A stretch of 35,452 nucleotides of DNA from a virus (IMGVR_UViG_3300033067_002307:1-35452), one strand, 5' to 3'. Shown: positions 9,791-17,326, counted from the first letter of the stretch. Numbers and translations are program-made. Notes: generated by a model not told the origin, from the sequence alone.

Positions 9791-10042
9791 TTAATCCGCG
9801 AGTAGGGCTGCGTTTAGGTTGCCAATTCCGATGACGGCTTTCTTCCCTTTGATTTCGAGAAGGATGCCGTGGTCACAGAAGGAGGCTTTTACGCCTGGGC
9901 AGGTGGTTTGGTTAATCGATCTCAGGCCTGAAATAAATCCAGGGATAGAGACGGCCTCATGAAGAACGAGGTTTGTGATTTCAGTGGTGTGATCGATTTT
10001 TATTTTTTTGATGGGTTCAACTTTAGGCGCTGGGCTTGTCAT
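9791..10042 (-). CDS. Hypothetical protein
   Basis: 83 aa ORF tiled in the operon. Confidence 0.6.
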   Translation of the reverse strand: MTSPAPKVEPIKKIKIDHTTEITNLVLHEAVSIPGFISGLRSINQTTCPGVKASFCDHGILLEIKGKKAVIGIGNLNAALLAD

Positions 10043-10214
10043 CTTGGGTCTCCTTGTTAAGTTCGGCGGCTTGTTTATTGAAGTCTTCGAGCTTGAGCAT
10101 GATTTCGTTCATTTGAGCTTGGTTGATGTGCTGCTTGAAGAGAAGTTCACCGAGGGCGGCGCAGTGTTGGGTGTATGTTTTTTGGAGTTCTTCTTTAGTG
10201 AGTTTCTCGGACAT
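10023..10214 (-). CDS. Small coiled-coil hypothetical protein (start reassigned to ATG 10214)
   Basis: MSEKLTKEELQK..., SD AAAGGA upstream. Confidence 0.6.
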   Translation of the reverse strand: MSEKLTKEELQKTYTQHCAALGELLFKQHINQAQMNEIMLKLEDFNKQAAELNKETQDDKPSA

Positions 10215-10225
10215 AGTTTTTCCTT

Positions 10226-10651
10226 TCAGAAGGGTTTGTAGTTCCATTTTTTGGTTTTAAAGATTGAGAAGCCGACTTTTGTCAGATGGGAGACGTAATC
10301 GATATCTGTGGGCGTGATTTGTTTTGCGATTCCGATAGTGCGCCAGACGGGTTTAACCCAGACCCAGTGAAGGGTGGTTTTGTGTTCTGTTTTTTCAAAG
10401 ACGGAGTAGCCGAGAATGATTTCAGGGTCTTCTTTGAGACAGGCGATAATGCATTCACAGTGAGGGCGTTGGAAGAGGTCGTTGAGGTTTGTGCGGGCCA
10501 TTTCGTAGTAGCTGGGTTGAGAGAGAGGGTTGAGCCAGTCGTTACCGTGGAGATAGCCTTGAAGCCAGGTGGAGTAGATAAAGGGAACATCAGACGGTTG
10601 AGATTTTCTGGTCGCGATGAGCGATTTGCGATCAACGGTTTGCGGTTCCAT
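10226..10651 (-). CDS. GNAT-family acetyltransferase-like protein
   Basis: R.....D..FI...W start, ILGYSV strand, and LHWVWVKPVWRTIGIAK (acetyl-CoA motif A, R..G.A). Confidence 0.65.
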   Translation of the reverse strand: MEPQTVDRKSLIATRKSQPSDVPFIYSTWLQGYLHGNDWLNPLSQPSYYEMARTNLNDLFQRPHCECIIACLKEDPEIILGYSVFEKTEHKTTLHWVWVKPVWRTIGIAKQITPTDIDYVSHLTKVGFSIFKTKKWNYKPF

Positions 10652-10679
10652 GTGTACTCCTTACAGCTTCTATGTACGG

Positions 10680-11102
10680 TTAAGTGTCTATTTCAGAGGA
10701 GACGGTGACGCGCATGATAGCGACGAGGCGGTCGACGATGCCGTTGATCTTGTCTTTGTTTATTTTTTGGCGATGGAAGCGTTTTTTGAGGATAGTGGCT
10801 GATTCTCTGAATGATTTACCGTTCGTGTGAAGTTCCCAGATCGCTTTATCAAGTCTGGTTTCAAAAGGGTGATGGTGAAGGAAGATTCCACAGAGTCGGT
10901 AGTAGGTTTCTTTGGATTCGAATGTGGTGGGATCATAGCGAGACGAGAAGACGGTTGAGTCGAATGTTTTGAGAAGGCCGTGTTTTTCGGTTTCTATGTC
11001 TTTGAAGCCTTCGTCTCTGAGTTTTTGGTACCATTTTTTCTTTAGGGCGTTGAATTCATCGGGATCAATTGGGTTCAGCGGGTGCGTCTGTTTTTCCCTC
11101 AT
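10680..11102 (-). CDS. Putative transcription regulator with C-terminal sigma-region-4-like HTH (start reassigned to ATG 11102)
   Basis: DKAIWELHTNGKSFRESATIL pattern; near the head of the late operon. Confidence 0.5.
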   Translation of the reverse strand: MREKQTHPLNPIDPDEFNALKKKWYQKLRDEGFKDIETEKHGLLKTFDSTVFSSRYDPTTFESKETYYRLCGIFLHHHPFETRLDKAIWELHTNGKSFRESATILKKRFHRQKINKDKINGIVDRLVAIMRVTVSSEIDT

Positions 11103-11397
11103 CCTGAGCGGCCTTCTCTTTCTCGAGGCGTTCAAGTTCCAATTTCTTGCACTCTTGTATTTTGTGATAAGCCATTTCATTCGCGATAGATTTTTTTAGA
11201 GATTTTACGAAAAATTCGATGGGCTTGCTGTCGGTGGTGGGATCGAGGTGCATGATCATGGCGGCGACTGCGTGTTGGTTATTGAGGGTATTAGGGACCC
11301 CAGCGAGTTCGATGACTTGATCGCAGAAGGCATCGAGGTCGAGTTTAGTTTGGGGTAATTTTTTAGGGAATTTGAGCCGGAATAGGTCAAAAATCAT
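11065..11397 (-). CDS. Hypothetical protein, first gene of leftward operon
   Basis: 110 aa ORF directly after the divergent intergenic region. Confidence 0.6.
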   Translation of the reverse strand: MIFDLFRLKFPKKLPQTKLDLDAFCDQVIELAGVPNTLNNQHAVAAMIMHLDPTTDSKPIEFFVKSLKKSIANEMAYHKIQECKKLELERLEKEKAAQDEGKTDAPAEPN

Positions 11398-11474
11398 TAA
11401 TAGAATGCTGAATAATTGATGAAATCAGGTCAATTATTAGTTTTTCCTTCTGTTTTTAAAGGGTTAGGGGGGTA

Positions 11475-11503
11475 TTGATCTTTAAATGATATCATGATAT
11501 CTT
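11475..11503 (+). promoter_or_regulatory. Sigma70-like promoter overlapped by a perfect 14-bp palindrome
   Basis: TTGATC-17 nt-TATCTT with extended TG; GATATCATGATATC at 11488-11501. Confidence 0.55.
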
Positions 11504-11525
11504 TAAATCATAGAAGGAGATCGGC

Positions 11526-11771
11526 ATGAATACTCAAAAGAAGCTTACAAAGAACGATAAAATAAAGATCCTTGCGGATTTTAAAGCAGATCAGGCTTTG
11601 ATCGCCGCCGCCAATAAACGAATTCAAGAACTGAAAGATCAAATCAAGGCAGATATTGAAGCCGGTGTTTACGGAGATTTCGCCCTCAGTTTTGAAAAAC
11701 GAGAAGTAAAGTCCTATCAAGTTGAGGCCCGGGTGGACCTCATTATTAAGGTTCAGGAGATCAAATCATGA
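11526..11771 (+). CDS. Hypothetical early protein (coiled-coil plus beta hairpin)
   Basis: 81 aa, SD AAGGAG, ATGA overlap with the next gene. Confidence 0.7.
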   Translation: MNTQKKLTKNDKIKILADFKADQALIAAANKRIQELKDQIKADIEAGVYGDFALSFEKREVKSYQVEARVDLIIKVQEIKS

Positions 11772-12118
11772 GCCCATTACTACCAAGCTTACTGATCTGT
11801 TTATTTGTGAGCGGTTGTTCAGCCTCTCGGCCTGCCTGTCGAACGGTAGCCGAAGAACCGGTCTCAACCTGTAGGGCGGATGCCAAATGCGTAGGGCGGA
11901 ACGGATGGAACGCTGTAGCGACCATTTTAGCAGGTGTGGGATCTAAGAAGGGTGAAAAAAACTCAGTTACCGCTAGAGAAGAACAGTGCGTTCAAAACGA
12001 CTTAGACGCTCAACGGGCTAACTACTACGGCTCTCGAGGGATTATAGATCCACAAAGACCCCAACGATGCACCTCAACACGAGTATCAGACGACGAAGTC
12101 GTCACGGAGTGCAGATGA
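11768..12118 (+). CDS. Cys-rich lipoprotein
   Basis: Hydrophobic leader with lipobox VSGC and 6 further Cys. Confidence 0.6.
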   Translation: MSPLLPSLLICLFVSGCSASRPACRTVAEEPVSTCRADAKCVGRNGWNAVATILAGVGSKKGEKNSVTAREEQCVQNDLDAQRANYYGSRGIIDPQRPQRCTSTRVSDDEVVTECR

Positions 12119-12321
12119 AAAAACACAAACACAATAAGAACTGTCTCAACGTTATGGCCATGAAGGAATTTTGTAAGGTGATGCTTCAGGCCTCAATCGA
12201 CGCTTACGATCAAGACCTACTCTTTGGGCCGAACCCACAAGATCACGTTTTAAAAATAGGGAAGGCTATTTTAGAAAACCAAAAGCTTGTTCATAAAAAA
12301 CCAAAGGCCAAGAAAAAATGA
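12115..12321 (+). CDS. Hypothetical protein (start ATG 12115)
   Basis: ATGA overlaps on both sides, SD GGAG. Confidence 0.55.
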   Translation: MKKHKHNKNCLNVMAMKEFCKVMLQASIDAYDQDLLFGPNPQDHVLKIGKAILENQKLVHKKPKAKKK

Positions 12322-12503
12322 ATCGATTTGAAGACTATTCAAAACAGGAGCGTATCGAAATGAGAGCTTTTGAAGAATATATTATTCAACACGAAGTCGA
12401 GGCCCGGCTTGTTTTAAAACAAAAACTAAATAAAGAACCCACGATTGAAGAGGTTGAAGCCCTTCTCTCTGAGTGGTTCAATGAGGACTGGAATGGCGAA
12501 TAA
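12318..12503 (+). CDS. Hypothetical protein
   Basis: 61 aa, coupled ORF. Confidence 0.55.
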   Translation: MNRFEDYSKQERIEMRAFEEYIIQHEVEARLVLKQKLNKEPTIEEVEALLSEWFNEDWNGE

Positions 12504-12630
12504 ATCAAAAGCAATTTTAATTCGAATCACGGAAGAAGATCGAAAGCTTTTAAAGATTCTTTGTGCGGAGAAGTCCACGAGTGCTCAACAGCTTATTTAT
12601 TCGATGATTCAGAAGATTCTGAAGCGTTAG
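12493..12630 (+). CDS. Ribbon-helix-helix DNA-binding protein (start ATG 12493)
   Basis: MANKSKAILIRITEEDRKLLKILCAEKSTSAQQLI: alternating beta strand plus two helices; SD GAGG. Confidence 0.7.
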   Translation: MANKSKAILIRITEEDRKLLKILCAEKSTSAQQLIYSMIQKILKR

Positions 12631-12842
12631 CCCAACTTCCCACAATGTTTGCACATAAACTCTATTTTAAACTCATCTTTATCAGGGTGGTGTAGTTTTA
12701 TGTTCTGGAATTCGTGAAAACCGCTTCCACAGATGATTGTTTTGTTAGCGAAGAGTTTGAGCCAGATGAGTTTGCAAGAATACCAGAGGGCGATGCAGAG
12801 GCATGTGATTTTAAGAATATGCAAAGTCTGGTCAGGGGTCAT
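12627..12842 (-). CDS. Small membrane protein with C-terminal CxxC
   Basis: N-terminal hydrophobic helix, C...H...CKHCG. Confidence 0.5.
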   Translation of the reverse strand: MTPDQTLHILKITCLCIALWYSCKLIWLKLFANKTIICGSGFHEFQNIKLHHPDKDEFKIEFMCKHCGKLG

Positions 12843-13138
12843 TCCATGCTTTCTATTTTTTCAAGGGCCTCTTTAGCTCTTCTGCCTTCTTCGCCCGCTT
12901 GATAATAGGGCCCAGATATTGTTGGAATGGTTCGAGGTACATGCTCACCATCGGAATAAAATCGTAAAGCATGTTTCGCAATCTCAAGTTGAGCCCAAGC
13001 TTTGCGGAGTTCTTTGCAAAGTGATGGAACAGATTGTATCAGGGCGTCTACTTCTGGATATTGAGGAAAACACATCGGAAATAGTTTGTAGGGCATGTAT
13101 ATTTTTTCAATCTCATCGAGCTCTTTCGGTGTCATCAT
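12839..13138 (-). CDS. Hypothetical protein
   Basis: ALRFYSD...G.RAKEALEKI motif, common in small phage proteins. Confidence 0.6.
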   Translation of the reverse strand: MMTPKELDEIEKIYMPYKLFPMCFPQYPEVDALIQSVPSLCKELRKAWAQLEIAKHALRFYSDGEHVPRTIPTISGPYYQAGEEGRRAKEALEKIESME

Positions 13139-13148
13139 AATCTCTCAG

Positions 13149-13337
13149 TCATCGCGAGCCCCACTTAGGCAAAACAATTGGTTTTCGTAAGCGAATGTAA
13201 AGATACAAAGAAATGGCAACAATCCAGTTGATTGGAATTATAAAATAAACAGTAGAATGACAATTGTGTCGCAGATAAGCGGGTCCCATATACCACGGTA
13301 CAAAATCAGTGGGAGACACTTCAATTTTAAATTTCAT
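13149..13337 (-). CDS. Small membrane protein
   Basis: 62 aa, SD GGGAG, hydrophobic IIPINWIVAISLYLY. Confidence 0.55.
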   Translation of the reverse strand: MKFKIEVSPTDFVPWYMGPAYLRHNCHSTVYFIIPINWIVAISLYLYIRLRKPIVLPKWGSR

Positions 13338-13415
13338 AGCTCTCCCTTACTCACCTCACGATTAAGAGAATCATCACGATAAAAACAATGCACAAGATTT
13401 GAGAATGCTCTTCGG

Positions 13416-13727
13416 TCATTTTTTGGCCTTGCTCATTTCAAGCCAGGCATCGTCATAAGCAAAAGCACCGCCATTAAACACTCTGGGAATATAGCGAATG
13501 GTTTGCAAATCAAGTCTTCTGTTCTCAGGGTGTTTCATGAAAGCCACAACGTTATTTGTCGCATACACTTTAGCCCGATCTTGTTTGCGATTGATAAACA
13601 CCACAAACTCACCCGGCTTTAACTTTTTACAATCGATTTTATGTTCAAGCGCGGCGAGAGAAAGCCCGTCATGTTGCCCTCGAAGATCTGCGTTTTGAAA
13701 TATTCGGATGACACGATTTGATTTCAT
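13416..13727 (-). CDS. IS66 TnpB (Orf2)-like accessory protein, divergent
   Basis: ADLRGQHDGL...PGEFVVFINRKQDRAKVY resembles the IS66 Orf2 consensus as I recall it, DMR.G.DGL...G..FVF.NR..DR.K.L; 103 aa. Confidence 0.7.
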   Translation of the reverse strand: MKSNRVIRIFQNADLRGQHDGLSLAALEHKIDCKKLKPGEFVVFINRKQDRAKVYATNNVVAFMKHPENRRLDLQTIRYIPRVFNGGAFAYDDAWLEMSKAKK

Positions 13728-14032
13728 GCCGCAAACACCTCATGAATTTGCTTCAAGGCTTCCGCATCATTGCAAATCACAACCATAAATTTAGAATTTG
13801 AAACCGCTGGTAAAATCATCGGAGCTGAAAGACGTTTCGAATATTTTCGTTTTTCGACTTTTACAAACCTCTTTGTCTGATCGCCAAAATCAGGACCATA
13901 ATTCCCAAGGTTTGAAACACTAAATGATTTTCCCGTGATTGTTTTGAATCCCTCTTTGTTGAGAGTCTCTACAATCTGACGAGTCCCGATTCCATTTGAT
14001 TTTAGTTTTCGTGCGCGTTCTTGCCATTTCAT
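13724..14032 (-). CDS. HTH protein resembling IS66 TnpA (Orf1)
   Basis: N-terminal HTH-like (GIGTRQIVETLNKEG), FVKVE linker, C-terminal strand-helix (FMVVICNDAEALKQI), ATGA overlap with the TnpB-like gene. Confidence 0.55.
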   Translation of the reverse strand: MKWQERARKLKSNGIGTRQIVETLNKEGFKTITGKSFSVSNLGNYGPDFGDQTKRFVKVEKRKYSKRLSAPMILPAVSNSKFMVVICNDAEALKQIHEVFAA

Positions 14033-14044
14033 GCCGATTCTCCT

Positions 14045-14690
14045 CTTAGCTCTCCAACGTCGAGGTAAAACTATCCATAGATCATGATGCTATTTAATTC
14101 AATTGATTCTCATAGAAAGGGGGGCCCTTCTTAAGCGAAGATTCCATTTTGATAAAACCCGGGGAAGCTGAGATCCCCGAATCAATCCAAACCCTGTATT
14201 TGTATCATCGGGCTGTGAAAATTCGACTCATCCCCCGCCCATAAACAAGCATGGTTTGAATCACACGCCCGTATTTCAGGCATGGCCCGAGAGTATTTAA
14301 ATCTATGAGATGCCTCAATATGTTGAAGGACATTTCACTCTACCGCCCGGCATCACCCAGACTTTAGCCCTTCGCACCTCGAATAGACTTAAGAGATACC
14401 TCTCAAGCTTTGTGGCTACTTATCGACAGTCTTCTCAAACTGCCGCTGATTCGACCCTTCCACTCAAATTCTGGGCCCGGCACTTCTTGGAATCAGTCCC
14501 CCCGGTAATGCCTAATCCATTCTTAACCCGCTGGTTTTACCTCTCGTTAAAAATTTTGCTTGAAGTTTATGATGGAGGAAGTAATTCTAACCTCACATCA
14601 TAAACTTTATAGCGAAGTTAGAATCCCCCGAATCACCGAAGACTTTCAACCGTTTTCTTGAGCTCGGGGGATTTTTTTTGTTGAATCTCT
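14045..14690. ncRNA. Candidate large structured non-coding RNA / replication-control region
   Basis: Largest gap between confident genes in a densely tiled genome; multiple hairpins and long-range complementarities (see findings). Family not recognised. Confidence 0.45.
14622..14679 (+). terminator. Terminator-like stem AATCCCCCGA/TCGGGGGATT plus T run
   Basis: 10-bp perfect stem (14622-14631/14664-14673), 32-nt loop, T8 tail. Confidence 0.5.
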
Positions 14691-14719
14691 AAAAAACATT
14701 CGATAGATCCAAACTCGGC

Positions 14720-15589
14720 ATGATAGAAAAACTTCCGGTTCTTGTTACTTCTAATTTTGAGCCCCACTGGCTGACGATTTCGAACGATCTCTATCATGCC
14801 GATAAGTCTTCAATTTCAGCTAGTGGGCTCAAGCATCTCCTTAAAAGCCCGGCTCATTTCAAATACGAATGGATGAAATCACCTAAAGAACAAACCCCCG
14901 CTCAACGCATGGGGGAACTATTTCACGCCGCCATTCTTGAACCTGAGCGATTCCGCGAAAACATGGTGATTCAACCCGACTTCAACCGAAGAACAAACGC
15001 AGGGAAAGCCGCCGAAGCCGACTTCCTTTCAAAGCTCCCTGAAACAGCAATTGTCGTGAGCGAGGATGACTACCACTGGCTTTGCGGAGCGATCGAATCC
15101 GTTTACTCCCACCCCATCGCAAGAGGCGCTCTCAGAGGCGGTGAGAGAGAACTAACCGGAGTGTTTAGAGACCCCGAAACTGGGCTCAAATGCCGTATAC
15201 GCCCCGACTTAATCATCCGCGATAAAAACATCATTCTCGACGTAAAGACCTGCCAGGACGCCTCTCAGCGCGCTGTAGAGCGTGTTATCTGGCAATACGC
15301 CTACGATCTTCAGGCGGCTTTCTACCTTCACGGTTCACAGATCATTGAACAGAAGGTTTATGATACCTACCTCTGGTTATTCGTTGAAAAAACCGCTCCC
15401 TACGTTACAACCCTTTGGAAAGCTGATCAGGCCTGGCTTGAAATCGGCTCTCAACGAATGAAACGTTCCCTCCATAAACTGACAAGCTCAATTGAGGCCG
15501 GGGAGTTCCCAGGTTATCAGAATGAAGCCGAATGGATCTCTCCGCCCGATTGGGCCATGAAAGGACTCGACGATGGAATCTTCACATAA
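14720..15589 (+). CDS. RecE/exonuclease VIII-like PD-(D/E)XK nuclease (DUF3799-like)
   Basis: YHA...IS.SGLK.L..SP, G..FH.AILEP, KCRIRPD...DVKT, Y.YDLQAAFY, FVEK. Confidence 0.9.
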   Translation: MIEKLPVLVTSNFEPHWLTISNDLYHADKSSISASGLKHLLKSPAHFKYEWMKSPKEQTPAQRMGELFHAAILEPERFRENMVIQPDFNRRTNAGKAAEADFLSKLPETAIVVSEDDYHWLCGAIESVYSHPIARGALRGGERELTGVFRDPETGLKCRIRPDLIIRDKNIILDVKTCQDASQRAVERVIWQYAYDLQAAFYLHGSQIIEQKVYDTYLWLFVEKTAPYVTTLWKADQAWLEIGSQRMKRSLHKLTSSIEAGEFPGYQNEAEWISPPDWAMKGLDDGIFT

Positions 15590-16283
15590 ACAACTCGACC
15601 GACAACTCGCTCAAATCACAAATTCTCTTTTAAAATCTTTGGCAGAAGCAAAATTAGAATTCCCTGCCTTTGATAAAAAGGGAAAAAACCCTCATTTCAA
15701 GTCTGATTTTATTACGCTCGGGCAAATTCAAAGTTCGGTTACATCCATTCTCGCCAAACACAAGCTCGTCATCACTCAGCACGTCGGCGAAAACGCTTGC
15801 ACCACAATTTTAAATCATTTTGAGACTGGCGAATCTCTTGAGTGCTCCATCCCTCTCATTATTTCAAAAAATGATATGCAAGGCTTGGGCTCTGCCATCA
15901 CCTACGCTCGCCGATACGGCCTCATGACTCTTCTCGGAATTGCTGAATGGATTGAACCGCCCCCCGCAAAAGAAGGTGAGCCCGGTTATGATGACGATGG
16001 AAATGAAAATTCTTTGCAACAAAAAACGGGCGTCTATCGAGTGAACGTTGAAGGATCTAGTCACAACGGAAAAACTTTAGACGAAGTCGGAAGCGAAGGA
16101 ATCGTTAAAGCTCTTGATCATTGGAAAACAAGATTTGCCGCAAGCAAAGATAAACCCACCGGGAACGTTAAAGAATTCATGGAGGAGGCTGAGAAGTGGC
16201 TTGCCGAAACGGGACGAAAAACTCTTAACACTCAATTGAAACAAGATGGCCGCGGTCTCACTCCTCCTCCTCTTAAGAAGTGA
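15573..16283 (+). CDS. erf: ERF-family single-strand annealing protein
   Basis: K...NPHFKS, Q.LGSAITYARRY.L and DDDGN are ERF signatures. Confidence 0.9.
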   Translation: MESSHKQLDRQLAQITNSLLKSLAEAKLEFPAFDKKGKNPHFKSDFITLGQIQSSVTSILAKHKLVITQHVGENACTTILNHFETGESLECSIPLIISKNDMQGLGSAITYARRYGLMTLLGIAEWIEPPPAKEGEPGYDDDGNENSLQQKTGVYRVNVEGSSHNGKTLDEVGSEGIVKALDHWKTRFAASKDKPTGNVKEFMEEAEKWLAETGRKTLNTQLKQDGRGLTPPPLKK

Positions 16284-16319
16284 TGGTAAAGTGAATACAA
16301 AACTCGATAAAATAGGGAC

Positions 16320-16631
16320 GTGGCCGAGAAAGACATTCAAAGAGAGATTCTCGACTTTCTTCTCGCTCATCCCAAAGTTACGCTGGTCTTCCAAAATGAT
16401 CACCGAAATCAACGAGCCCGTAAATTTGGCGCTGTCGGTAAATATAGACCTAAAGGTCTCCCCGATATCATCGGCTGCCTTAGCAACGGCCAATTCCTTG
16501 CGATCGAGGTCAAAGACACTCTTGGCCGCGTATCGGAAGAGCAATGCGGAATCCTTAGAAGAATTTCTGATGGCGGAGGCCTTGCTGGCGTTTGCCGATC
16601 AATCGAGGATGCAAGCAGGCTACTGGGATGA
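16320..16631 (+). CDS. VRR-NUC domain nuclease
   Basis: E.DIQ..I, KGLPDI...IEVK...GR.S.EQ, V.RS.ED. Confidence 0.85.
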   Translation: MAEKDIQREILDFLLAHPKVTLVFQNDHRNQRARKFGAVGKYRPKGLPDIIGCLSNGQFLAIEVKDTLGRVSEEQCGILRRISDGGGLAGVCRSIEDASRLLG

Positions 16632-16876
16632 AATTTCGAAAAGCCTCGCACTGTGCATTGCCTCCGAAAACGAAATGCGAAATCTGCGGAGATCCGGGTG
16701 AGTGGGACCATATCAGAAGTCGAGGCGCCGGAGGTGGGAATGAAACATCCAACATCCAAAGTCTCTGCCGAGCTCATCACACCGAACGTCATCGCATCGG
16801 CATCAAATCATTCACTCAAAAATATCATCGCCCTATTTCGTTCGAAGGAATCTATCCAAGGAGGTCTGATCTATGA
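16628..16876 (+). CDS. HNH-type Zn-binding protein (DUF968/NinG-like; start ATG 16628)
   Basis: CEICG...DHIRSRGAGG...N..SLCRAHH.ERH. Confidence 0.75.
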   Translation: MKFRKASHCALPPKTKCEICGDPGEWDHIRSRGAGGGNETSNIQSLCRAHHTERHRIGIKSFTQKYHRPISFEGIYPRRSDL

Positions 16877-17079
16877 ATGAACTCACCGTCAAAAATATCC
16901 GAGCCCGATTAAAAGATTGGAAAAATTTAGACGTCTCACCTCGAGACGCTCAATACGTCCCCATTCTTGAAAGCCAAAGAGAAAAAATGATCGTCAGTAT
17001 CGATTATCTCCTTTCTCATTTCGACCCAACCGAAGAGACTGAAAAAAACAATTTCGACGTCAACGAGATCGGCTGCTAA
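16873..17079 (+). CDS. Hypothetical protein
   Basis: 68 aa, SD GGAGG, coupled. Confidence 0.6.
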   Translation: MNELTVKNIRARLKDWKNLDVSPRDAQYVPILESQREKMIVSIDYLLSHFDPTEETEKNNFDVNEIGC

Positions 17080-17324
17080 TGGCTGGCTCTGTTTTCGAAT
17101 ATTGGAAGCCCTCTGAACTTCAAGAAAAAATGAGTTCAACGGCAAGAAAGGGTCACACCGTAAATCCATTTGATCGCGGCAACGGTCCCGGTTGGAATAT
17201 GAGTCAAATTAGAAAATCCGTCGGACTTAAATCAGATCAAGCCGAGCGCCTTTGTCTTCGATGCCAAAAAATGTTCATGAGTTTTTCAAAGGGTGAGCGG
17301 ATGTGCAAGAAGTGCAAAGAATAG
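17079..17324 (+). CDS. Small zinc-ribbon protein
   Basis: CLRC...F.S.....RMCKKC. Confidence 0.65.
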   Translation: MAGSVFEYWKPSELQEKMSSTARKGHTVNPFDRGNGPGWNMSQIRKSVGLKSDQAERLCLRCQKMFMSFSKGERMCKKCKE

Positions 17325-17326
17325 CT

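Noticed and set aside
13187-13193. GTAAGCG resembling an IS66 terminus
   Set aside because: Lies inside an intact ORF, and I found no correctly oriented partner end or target duplication.
14310-14603. 97-aa plus-strand ORF in the non-coding region
   Set aside because: No clear SD or recognisable motif, and it overlaps dense RNA-like stems. Treated as probably spurious, though not excluded.
16077-16880. Several alternative-frame ORFs overlapping VRR-NUC/HNH
   Set aside because: Shadow frames of genes with clear motifs.
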